Below are positions 11,686 to 23,473 of a DNA stretch of 64,000 nt, piece after piece; position 1 is the first letter of the stretch, and the number at the start of each line of letters is the position of its first letter. This DNA is from Stylophora pistillata. Lineage: Eukaryota. The notes below the pieces were generated by a model. The model was not told the DNA's origin. It made no database searches and was given only the letters and a program-made list of their open reading frames with translations. The translations under genes were made by a program, and so were the position numbers. The stretch is taken from NCBI RefSeq assembly GCF_002571385.2, contig NW_019217928.1:78600-142599 (forward strand), written 5' to 3'.

Positions 11686-14600
11686 ATGTCTGAGGGAGCG
11701 ATCACTACTACGGAAGAGATCGAAGAGCTTAAAAAGAAGCTTGCTCTCCTGGGTAAGACTTGATCGATTAGAATTTCACGAACTGTATAAACTGGATGCG
11801 CATGTTATGTGAACGTTACGTAGAACTGGCTTCCTCTACACTACATTGTAAGAACTTTTCCACAGGTGGTTTCAAGTCAATCAGATGCCTCTTACTTTAT
11901 TTTTTTTTTACTTTTTATCGTCCAGAGAGGGGCGATTCTTTTTACTTCAACTCAGTGTCACTCATGTTTATATTTTTGTGCAGATGGAGACAGGAAAGCT
12001 TACTACGAAAGCTCGCAATGGACTATGAAAAAAAATAAAGATACAATTAGTAAACTAAGGGAGAAAAATAAACGTTTGCGATTCGAGCTGGCAAAGAAGA
12101 AAGCGGTATGTCGTTTTGAAATCGTAAATTAACTTACAATAATTCGCAAACTTGAATGTGCAGTTTCCTTTAATAAAGCAAACAGCCATAATAATTGATA
12201 GCTACTTCAGAGCAAATTTCATACGCCCGTTCATGAGATATTCTGTTATTGTTTTTCGTTGCATTAATAGTGGCTGAATTTCTAAAGTCTCCCTTTTTCT
12301 GTGGGAAAAATGCTTCAGAGATTTTCCTTGTTTGATCAAATATATATGTTGTAGTTCAATTTTATACTTGGTTCAAATTTTATTTTCCTTTGTTCTCGGT
12401 CATGTTAATGTATGATAATGAGTTTGAAACAAAGGAAAATAAAATTTTCAACCAAGGATAAAATTGAACTACAACATATTCATAATCACCTTATTAGTAT
12501 AATTGACTGCCTTTTTCCTCTTTGACTAATCCAGGTAGAGAAATGATTGTACAAAAGAAAATACCATGTAGTTCATATCACAGTGTGTTAGCAAGGAAGT
12601 TGATGAAGGGTGATTCCAGATCTTACATAAAATTTGCCATCTGTCAAGCTGTGGTTTTCTTAATATGCACATACTTTTCTGACATAAAAATCAAATACAA
12701 GAAGAATCCTTGTACATTATTACTACAGAACTGAGTTTTCTTTGCAACTTCTACTCTCAGCAGCTTAAAAGTATGCTTCCTGGTATACACAAACATAAAT
12801 ATTGACCTTTGGCATTAAAATAATGGTCTTTTTTTTTTCCTTAAGGGAGATGAGCAAGTGATTGATGATGCTTTCAAAGAAAAAGACCCTCAAAGACACT
12901 GTGCAATGAGAGGCATGTCTGGGAAGGTAAAGAATGCGGCATCTTGAAACAATTGTTAACTTCAATCTTGTAATGATTTTGTGAATTTATTAATGATGGC
13001 TGATGATTATTTATGTACTACTTATAGGCTGCGATTACTAAACTTGACCAACAAGTGTGCGAGGCAGAGAAGAAACTGAATGCTTGTAAACACCAGAAAA
13101 ATACTCGTGAGAAGAAACTGGCAGCCTTAGAGACTGAATATAATCAGTTGGTTAAAGATGCTGAAGAGGTGTCCAGTACAGATACTGGAGAATCAGCTGA
13201 GGCACAGGTATGGTTGTTGCCATGGTGATGCACTGTCTACACTGTTTATAACAAGGACAACATTGATCAAACAGAGCTCTTCTCAAGGTTGGGCTTGAAG
13301 AAAAAGTGAAGGGAGCACAGTGCTCTGAAACTGTGAAATCCAGGGTGCCCAGCATATGCTTTTTATGAAAAAGCTAAGATTCCTGAGTTGTCACCCAAGA
13401 GCAAAAGTAAGGCACCAGGGGCACCAGGTGCTGCCAGACCATAGCCCTGCATCTGTTTTCTTCAGAACTTTTCAGTTGTTTACATGTAGGTCAATTCAGT
13501 TGTTGGGTTGGCATCTGAACTAAAATAATTCCATCTTTTGTAAAAACACAATCCAATTTTTACAATAACCATCAACAAATTGACAGTCACCATTCAAGTT
13601 CTTCCAGACATTTTGAATGAAAAAATTTTACATTGCTGTTTTGCAGAAAAAGGCTCAGAAATGTGCCAAATGTATATACTTGTGCACAGCCATTATTATA
13701 ACCAAATTATAACTAAAAGTGTTGACTCTTCAAAATAAATAATAGTTGAAAAAAAATCATAATGAATAAGGGTCAGTCTGCAGCCAGTGTGATCTAGCAC
13801 TGTAAGATGGGAGAGTTCTAAAGTTTTGAAATTCTACTTGTATGCTAACCAATTGATTATATACATGTATTTTTCCTTTAATTAAACTTAATGGCTTAGA
13901 AAATTATGTTTTTGACCTTCTTACTTCATGATAGAAACTGCGAAGTTTGGAAAATGGTCTAGACAAAATGATTTTAAAAGTTAATGAAGCAAAGAAAATA
14001 AAGACAATATATGAGGGTTTACTGGAACAACTGAAAGAAGAGCGTCGTACTTGGCCCAATCAGCTGAATAATCTAGAGAAGGCCATTTGTGCTCAGCGAG
14101 AAGAACTTGAAGAGCTGAATGCAATGAATCATGATGCCCAGATTGCTCGCGAGGCTGCAAAGGCAGAGCTCACAAAATTAGAGCAGTCAGTGTATGAGAG
14201 GAAAAAGGAGCGGGAAAGAGAACTGTCTCATTACAAGAAACAAGCAGAAGAGAAGAAAGATCATGCTGAAAAAGTTGAGAAAAGGGTAAGGCAAATTGAA
14301 TGTACTTACAAGGGATATGGGAGCAACCTTGGCATGCAGAGCCTGGTAGAATTTTTCCCTTTGAGCTTATGTATGGTTTTGGACTTGCCTTAGATTCAGG
14401 TAGCTTCACTGTAGGCAATGTATGACAGATTATTTAATGCTCAAGACCAATAGCACACTGAAGATTCTCACAGTATGATTTCAAGATTAAGACAATTTCA
14501 AAATAACTCTCCCCTCATACTGGACTTCCCTAAGACTTTGTAGAACAACAAATTAAACTGCACACACTTAAGTTAGAGAAAAAATAATTATATGTGCACG

Positions 14601-17600
14601 CAAGGGGTCAAATCAGGGAAATAATTAATACTTTAAAAAAAAATTCAATGACATTTTTGCAAGATCAGACACTAGTTGCTGCACAGTTCTGTGAGTGTGT
14701 ACTAGATGAAGACCTCTAATCTGTACAGTGTTGAATGTTTTGTCTTTGTTTATTCAACAGCTACAAAGAAGTTCTCTTCAGCAAGAGGATCTCACTGGTA
14801 TGTCACACCATAAAATTGAAGCAGATGACTTTCTTTCTGCTCAGTTTTCTTAAATGGTTCATTTGCCGAGAGAAGAGAAAAAAAAAACTAGATTTTTTAT
14901 TAGGGAAGCTGAAAGCAGGTGAACAAGTTAATTCCAGTTCATCTGTCAGATTCCCTACTTCATATTTACCCAGGTACAAGGAACTTGAAACAAGAATTCA
15001 TTATACAGTTGTGTGGTTAGTTCCCAGAGTTTTTATAACAGAGTGAGGCTCAGTTTGTAGACAACAAGGTTTTTATCAAAACAAGAGCACCCTTGGCCAC
15101 CACCCTTTTTAAAGGCTTACACCTGCAGCCATAGGTTGCAGTATAATTATGGCCTTTTTCAAGAAAAGCACAGAAAAATGTTAGTTAGAGAAAATCAGAG
15201 TATACTGTGTTTTGATGCTAAAACAAAAATTCTCAATATCTTCTCTTTACTTCTATAAGGATGTATACTTGAACAACACATAACTTTATATCTTTTTCAA
15301 TCTGTTTGTTTATAACAGAACAAAAAGCAGTACTGTCTGGGGAAGAACAAGAACGCAAGATTACAACTTATGAGGAGGCCATGAACAAGATAAAGGACAC
15401 AACAGGGGTGTCTGACATCAAGGAGGTGGTACAGCGTTTCCTGTCTCAAGGTGACACCCAGAAGCATTTGGACACACTCAAGATGAACAATGAAAAAATG
15501 CTTGTCAGACTTAAGGAGGAAAAGGTACCGCAGACTTAGTTGATTAATTTATGTCTTTATTTATTAATTTTCTAATAAATAGACAGGCTGGCGTAGTTCA
15601 GCTTTTTTTTGAGCTAGTTTAAATGGTGGCCTGTTTAAACAATGACTACCGGTATGCCAGACCATATGCTAAAAGAGATAGCTTTAACAGAAAAAATGTG
15701 TCAACTTCTTAATGGCATTGTTATTCATCGCTAATGGCATATCATGCTGCTTTCTTTAGGAAAAATTAAGAATGGAGTATGAGGAGATGAAGTATTCTGG
15801 AGAAGCCAAGTTGTCAAGGTAAAATAAAGCCAGCCAGTTCAAAATGTGCATAGAATGAAGCTTTTCTGAATCAGCACTTTCTGGTTTGATCCTCAAACTT
15901 CAACAATCTGAAGTTTGAGGATCAAGACTGTACACTAGTGAGGGCTCAACACTTGTACTAACGGTAGCCCCTTTGCTACAGACTAGTAGAACTTCAGTTT
16001 TGGTTAGTGGTTTTCGATTTCCACTAGCCAGTTCAGCTAGTAAACAAGGGCTGATAGTTTCTAAAGAAACTGTATGGGGCTGCGTCGGTGGGGGTAACGA
16101 AATAATTTGGATATATCAACAAAGTTGAAATGGTAAATTGGCCACCGTAACGATTACAAAAGCTGACGTTTCGAGCGTTAGCCCTTCATCGGAGCGAATA
16201 GAGGAATTGTGGGTTGTGTGTGCTTTCAAAGGCAGAAAATGGAGCAACGTTATTGGTTGAACATGGCAACGAGAAAAACAAGATTAAATTGAACGCTTTT
16301 CATTCCACTAATTTTTTCTTGTTTTTCTCGTTGCCATGTTCCCACCAATAACGTAGCTCCATTTTCTACCTTTAAAAGCACACACAACCCACAATTCCTC
16401 TATTCGCTCCGACGAAGGGCTAACGCTCGAAACGTCAGCTTTTGTAATGGTTACGGTGGCCAATTTACCATTTCAACTTTGTTGATATATCCAGCTTGTA
16501 AACAAACTGAAATTGTTGTAACATCTAAGTTGTGACAGCAGCCACTTAGCTAGTAAGTTGAAAAGTTAGTGTCGCGCCCTGCTGGTGATTGGTTGGTAGC
16601 CGGCGTGAACATTCCATTTAACCCTGTAACTCTTAAGATCTCATTTTCAATTCTCCCCTCTGGCTGCTGCTAATTTCCTTGTAAATAAGTTACGAGAATT
16701 CAGTGTTAGATCAAGAAAGAAACTTCTACCTAATAAGCTTGAGTATTCTCATTACCTTTTTGTTGGATAAAGTATGGATACTATTGGGAAAAGTTCCATT
16801 TTAATCACTTGTGAAAAGAGCCGGAGAACTCGCTTATGAGGTTAATTTCTAAGCTACTATAAACAGAAGTTTATATATATATTGTTTACAGTTAAGAACT
16901 ATGGTGGATACTTGACAGGGGATAACCGTCGTGCCTTTGTTTTTTATTTTCACAGTGGACAAAGAATGCTGGAAGAATTTCAGCAACGTCTCGCAAATGA
17001 AGAGAAACGGTGAGGGGAAACCCTCTTTTACTGTTGTTATTTTTTATTTCATTATCTTTTAAATACATATTTAATAATCAGGGCATGATGTTAAGAGTGT
17101 TAAGGGACAAACGCACCTCGATAGGTACGTTTGAAATATAATACACTTGAGCTCATTTTGTGGTTTGTTTCACTGTATCAGCTGCTTAGATGCAAAAGAC
17201 CGCCAAGAAAGAGCTAACAAGACTCTTGTCAATGTTAAAGCTGGAATTGAACATCTGGCTGATAAACTGCAACACCTGAAAGCGGTAAGAACAAACTGTA
17301 ACCAAGTCAGCTTCTAGGAAAAAATGTGAGCATATGAATCGTGTTTTTAGTGGGCACATAGCGGTTAGTAAACGTTACGTGTAAGTCTTAGTAATACTGT
17401 TGCCGGCTAAAACTTCAGTGGTCAGATTTCAGCGCTCAGTTTTAATTTCCCGCGCTTTCCCTTGTCCTTCATTCCATACTTTCCCGTTCTTTCCTCTTTT
17501 TTTTTGCGTTTTTCCGCGCCTGCCCCGTGACTGTTTGCGTTCTACCCGTTGAGTTTGACTCTTCTTCCTCTTAAAAAACCTGTACTATTCCCAATTATAT

Positions 17601-20600
17601 GGTAAAATCTTTTCAACATTTCTTCTCCTTATGAAGCTTCACGTGCCATTTCGTAAATGATCACGTGCTCTCGCGATTATCATCTGTTATGTGTCATTTT
17701 CTCCCTCCTCCTTTCTTCAGTTATTGCGAATGTTTCTCTCTTTGCCCTCTGCTTGTAGTGTTAGTGATAACGGATATTCAATGAGCCAAGCTGCTGAAAT
17801 TAACATCTTGTGCAATAACTAATGTAACAGTATTATGAATGAGGTGGTGTAATCATACTTCTTGCATATCTCGCCCCAAATCTGGAACCTCATATAAGTA
17901 CCCCTTGGCTAGTGCAGACTAGCGTAGCTAATTTGAAGTAGTAACTATTTTTTACTCATCCACTTTAGCCTAAGGGTCACGTACCGCAGGCTCAGTTGTC
18001 CCCAACCTCAGACGAGTACATCCTAGACTTACTTGGCACTTGCGAACAGAAGTTACTCAAACTGACCGACGACTTGGGTGGAAAAGATATAAGTGATGTT
18101 ATGAAAGAAATTGAGGATGCTGAGGTAAATGTAGCTTTATTTTGAAGCACATCTACACTTTTGGAAACCATTTTTAGATAGAAAAATAATGACCTGCAAC
18201 TGATTGAAAAAGCAGGTTAAACGGATTTGAATGTTTACTTTCTCTAAGATATTCGTGAAAGTGGACATCTTAGAAGTTTGGAAACCGAAGTAAACGAACG
18301 ATTTTTGCGATACTTTGGGCTTTTTTCGGTGAATGTTCGCGAGGTATACAGTTCTCGTATTTAGCTACCAATATGACTCAATTCAGTACATTTGACCGGA
18401 ATCCAGAGCTATCTGACATTTTCGAACAAAGAAGGAAAAAGGCGAGGCCGACAATTGAATGGAAATTATTGAAAACATTACGCTGGAGTTGTGCGCGAGA
18501 AGGATGCGCAAAATGATTCTAAGGAAGGACAAGAAAGGATCGCTAAGAAAGCTTTTCGATTCACTGTCATACAGGGAGCAATGAGAACGTAAGATTAAGA
18601 CAAACAATTTTTTAAGCAGGGGAAAACGCGATAGATCGAGTGGTGATTGGGTTGTTATTACAATTGTTCACAGCTAAGCCCTAAAGCCTCCAGAAATTGA
18701 GACTTATTTTACTACGCTTTATCGTGTTTATTCTGTGCTAGCCTAATTCTCCTAAGTAAATTGTACATACTGCTTGTTTTAATTCCTTGTGACCCTATAT
18801 GAATTATGACGAGTTGGAACCTTGTATTTCACATTAAATCTTACGTGATTTTAAACTTAGTTCTTCAGTTATCTCCATTTTCGGTCGCGCTTTTTTCTTT
18901 TTCTAAATTCAGTAGATAAAGGTGGTGGTAAGACGTGAGGAAATACATGACCTAACTGTGTGTGTGTGTTTTTTTTTTTTTTTGTCATACAGTTCCGCGC
19001 AACAATGGAGAATAAGTTACCACAGTTTAATACTCGAGTCAAGCTACCCACTACATCTGATCGAATGGCTGTTTATGACGGTAAGTAGGCAATCATGAAA
19101 CACGCTAACAAACGGTTGGTGGCGGTGGTAAGGTCACGGGTGTCGCCCTTAACACCCAAGGTTGCAATTCTCCATACTGTTCTCTATACTTTTCTAATGG
19201 TAATGACAAGGTGAATTTGATTAACAATCAGGAGGCCCTTGAGTGGGTGATCATTTCCTGTATTCTCGTAACCCAAATGTTTGATTCTTTAGTGGTAATG
19301 TATGGAGAAATTATATGCTAGTCACACCAAGGGGGTTCAAGGGTGAAGCCTGATTTATCAACTTCGTCATTTTCTATCTGTGTCTATATGTTCCATCTTA
19401 ATCCGTTCCTGTTCCTTCTTGGTGCCGAGCGTCAGCCCTTCGTCTTCCGCTCTGACAAAGGGAAAACGCTGGAAACGTCAGCTTTAATGCTCTTTATGGT
19501 GGCCCCTTAACATTATCAACTCAGTTGATAAAAGCAAATTATCTTGTTGACCCCTTAACTTCCATGGGTACCCAAGACAGACCTCTTTACATTATCAGTG
19601 TAATCCCAAGCAGGCAATTGGTGCGAATAAAGAAAAGTAATGATTAGGGAATTATTATTTGACCCAATAGCAAATTCTCCAAACTAATAACATAGAATTG
19701 TATGGCAGACAGTAAGGAGAATTACTCATGGGATCTTGGTAGTGAAAGGGTGAAATTCCCCACCAACGCATCACCAAAGTTTCTTTAGAAACTTCCCTCG
19801 CTGAATTGTTTTGCAGTCAGTTACAATCGACCCGAATCCTCTCCATCGTTAACCGTACTTATCCCTTCTTATTTATTAATTTTTGTTTTGTATTTTTCTA
19901 TCTTACCAAACAATTATTCTGTGGTTATTTTTTAAGCTGTGTTACTTCATTCCATCTTGAGAAATTCTTGGTCTTTCTTTGTGTTTGCCTTGTCTATGTC
20001 ATTCTATCGTACCCAAATCTTGTAACCCACAAGCGAATGACCTTACTCAAATTGTATTTTTTTAGTCATTTACAATCCGTCTAAATATTAAAGCATGCGC
20101 CTTACACCTTCTTTGATTCATTTTTCCCTCTTTTTTGTTTCTGTATGTTATCAAACCAATCTACTTGGTCATTTACAAACTGTGTTAATCGTGGGTTTTT
20201 TGTTTATATTCATTCTTGTTCTTCGTTCCTGCCTCGTTGTTGTTTGTCTACCTTAGCAAACTGTTTTTTTCAAGTCTTGTTTCCATTTACAAGCATTTCT
20301 CACGGCGACGAGGCTGAGTAGTACTTAAAACACCGACTTAAGAAAAAGTTGAGTCTGTGTTGCATGGAAAATGTTTCTCATAAGGGTTTCAAAGAATGGG
20401 ATATCGTGTTGCCTAGCGACCGCGAAGGAGTTAGATATCTGAAGTAGAGGCTGTACTCAAAATTATTCAAAGAATCATTTCTGCACGTAGTTCTCTTTTT
20501 ACAGGGATGATAAGTTCGTTGTATAGAGATGGTTTAGGTTTTGTCCATACCGTATCATTTATTAAATATTTGTGTACTTATTTCTTTTTTTTTTAGATGA

Positions 20601-20727
20601 CGAGGACAGCGGTGAAGATGAAGATGTTCTCTCTAGAAACGCTATTAAACGCTACTCACAGCAGCTCGTGGACTCAAAGACGAAGAAACATAAACCACGA
20701 AATAGAAAGAGAAAAACTAAACAATGA
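11686..20727 (+). CDS. ODAD3: Outer dynein arm docking complex subunit 3 (CCDC151)
   Basis: 13 phase-consistent exons: 11686-11752, 11984-12105, 12846-12926, 13028-13207, 13935-14285, 14761-14797, 15319-15524, 15760-15818, 16956-17009, 17182-17284, 17969-18124, 18992-19080, 20597-20727. [30 protein letters not shown] matches the CCDC151 N-terminal motif. Long coiled coil. AATAAA at 20836. Confidence 0.93.
12345..12478. mobile_element. Short palindromic MITE
   Basis: ~50-bp inverted arms TATGTTGTAGTTCAATTTTAT... / ...ATAAAATTGAACTACAACATA. Confidence 0.7.
16162..16195 (-). ncRNA. Minimal type I hammerhead ribozyme motif (PLE-associated)
   Basis: GCU-CCGAUGA-A-GGGC-UAAC-GCUC-GAAA-CGUC-AGC; U4 replaced by C. 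Confidence 0.7.
16406..16439 (+). ncRNA. Minimal type I hammerhead ribozyme motif (PLE-associated)
   Basis: GCU-CCGACGA-A-GGGC-UAAC-GCUC-GAAA-CGUC-AGC; U4 replaced by C. Confidence 0.7.
19432..19800 (+). mobile_element. Degenerate PLE pLTR fragment (decayed hammerhead 19449-19482) interrupted by a TTAA/piggyBac-like MITE (~19548-19752)
   Basis: GCTCTGACAAAGGGAAAACGCTGGAAACGTCAGC, then the same 3' tail (...CCCCACCAACGCA...GTTTCTTTAGAAACT) as the other PLE copies. Confidence 0.6.
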
Positions 20728-22447
20728 AACTGTTGTGGAAATCTAAAGATTGGTTACCATGTATCGGACTTTCGTAAAATTTGGCACAGTTTTGATAACG
20801 TATACAGTTATCTTGTATTCATGTATTATACCAGCAATAAAGTTAAGTTAGAGTTGAAGTTGGCAATTTTATCGGAGGGCCGTGTGACCGTATTTGCTTT
20901 TTTGTTTTGTTTCATTTTGAATAAATATGCTGGCATCTTTCGAGAGAGTTTAGATGTGACTGCCAACCGGCTTTAACAGCAGTGCCCTCCTTCTTTCGAG
21001 AAATACTCATTCGAGTGGCGAAAGAAAAGAAGACTTTTCAACATCCCGTCAAGCAATCATATGTAAAAAAAAAAAAACAATCGCCAAGTGATCGCTGGCG
21101 CTTTCCCGCGTTTCAGAAAGTTTGCTTGACCTAAACCTAAGTTCTTATTGGCTCCCTGTTTGACTTATCGAAAAGCTTTCTGAGTGGTCCGTTTTCTGGT
21201 GTCATATTGTGCATCCTTCTCGTCCAAGCGAGTTAGAGAGATTACATTCAAACTGGGGCCATTCTGACTACACTCAGGCGGAGGTACTCGATGTGAAAAG
21301 TTTATTTAGGAGGAGTCAGCCTGTCTTATAGTATACGCATCCTACTACAATCTGCAATGCACTGAATGTATTCACTGAAACTGAAGGGTTCTACAAAAAG
21401 ACCCTGAGCTAGGCCAGATACGAAAAACCACTAAAAAAGACTCCCTTTAGAAGAGGCCAAAAAATACGTGGAGACGTATTCCTTAACTAATACAGAGGCA
21501 CGGTACCCCGAGAGAAGGGGACTAGTCACACAGAAAAATCAATAAATGTAGTAATGTTTTACAAGGAGTTGTAAAACAAAATAACATCAAATAAGAATAA
21601 AGAAAGTGGTCAAACCTAAAACTGACCGACCCAGTATGACTTAATTTTCCAGCAAAACGCTCATTCGGAAACTACCATGATACCACGCGAACCTCTTCCA
21701 CGTGCCATCAGAATATTTATTTCTGACCAATTCGTTCCCATGTCAATCAAACGTTAGAAATTACATTTTTCCTCCATGTCTGGAATTCGTGAGAAAGGTT
21801 TTAGAATTTTTTTTAATCAGTACATAAGTGTGTTAGCAGTGGTTTCTGAAAATTGGTCTAGGTCAAACTCCAGAGCAGAACGCGAAAAATAAATTCCCTG
21901 AATAATTAATTTCGCGCTTTTTGACAAATGAAATTATGCGGAGTACCTTACCCTAAGAACTGGACTCCGCTTCCCGAAAAGAAGACAATTGTTATTTTCA
22001 AAACACATTCACCAACGATACAGAAGTACCGAGTAGAAAAACAAATTACCTGGGTCACATCCTAGCGGTTCGTTTCTTTCATATCAAAAGAGCCACACAA
22101 GTCGGAACATTTAGAACGTGAGAGTTTCTCAGGAAATCAAGAAATCCGGTCATTAATCATAGCCCCATTTGTAAATACCCTAGCGAAAGTCAGCGAGGAA
22201 ATTGCAAACACCGCCAATGCTCGAGATTATTCGACATCCGACTCCCGGAAATGCTGCCCGCAGCGTCGTGTTATTCCGCGAAATGCTAATAGATAATAGA
22301 AACCCAGGTTGCCATGCTAAATTTATATTTCGCTTCTCCCATTTCGGTCTCACGCCAAAATTAAACCTAAAATTCAGCCAAGATATCAGCTTTTATACAG
22401 CCTGCCGAACAACCAAGAGTGGCTAACTATCGAGGCAAACAATCCTC

Positions 22448-23473
22448 AATTTTTTTTAACGGATTAGTACTAATTTTGTTAGTAAGTTAAGCACATTAAA
22501 CTAAATTAAATAAGTAGGGAATATTAATTTTTGCCACTCTCAATTTAGTTTGATGGACACATTATTACGGGTCACTTAACATAGTGGCGATTTTTAAACG
22601 AAAATATAGTTTAAGCTATTTTTAGGAATAAATTTTCCCTTAAATAATTAGCGCGATAGCCACAAAAGACAGATGGCTCAATCAGCAACGTTGCTCTTAG
22701 CCAACTGTTTTATGGATAATAGTAATAATATGGATTGATTTCTGCCCGCCAATCGATATCTTTTCTTCCGAAAATTACCTGTGCTATCCTGTTTATCGTG
22801 AATTATGTGGTTGTTTGTGGTGGCTTCCAAGATTTGCTTATCAGCTTTGAAGTGTTCTGCTCTTGAGATTCAAAGTGCTTCAGCATTTCTCTAATTTTCT
22901 CGAGTCGTTCCAGAATTAGCTCTCACTGGAAGTTTCTGCAGGTTTTCAGTCGTGTCGTCTAAGTTTCTGATAAACTACAGGTCCGAAGTTAACACACACA
23001 GAAACAGAAGCTGACCCAAGGTTCAATGACTGATCGGTATAACTATGTCCTTTTTTGGGTTTCCTGTCCGCCCTTTCAGTTTTTTAAAACAGTATACGCT
23101 ATTGGCTTAGAGGTACTGTTGTTTATCTCTTGGCAAGTGCGTTTGTGTTGCAGGATGTTCGGAGATGGATATCTTTCCTAGCAAGCCAGAAAATGTCTAT
23201 AGCTAAGGTATTTAGAGGTTTATTTCAATATTGCATCTCACGATCGTCGGTAGAGTAAATTGTATTGAGCTGAAACAGCTAGCACCTACAATGACATACG
23301 AAGTATAATTTTTTTTAACGGATCAGTACTAATTTTGTTACTAAGTTAAGCACCTTAAACTAAATTAAATAAGAAGGGAATATTAATTTTTGCCACTCTC
23401 AATTTAGTTTGATGGACACATTATTACGGGTCACTTAACATAGTGGCGATTTTTAAACGAAAATATAGTTTAA
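22448..23473. repeat. 167-bp direct repeat pair (22448-22614 and 23307-23473) around ~690 bp of unique sequence
   Basis: Near-identical copies at offset 859. Confidence 0.85.

Larger units (their letters stand above)
16048..16493. mobile_element. Penelope-like element pLTR fragments in inverted arrangement, nested in a hAT-like MITE
   Basis: Left arm antisense (16048-16290), right arm sense (16291-16493). Homologous to the 3' part of the PLE at 48010-48278. TSD GCT(A/T)GTAAACAA at 16036-16047 and 16494-16505. Confidence 0.85.
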
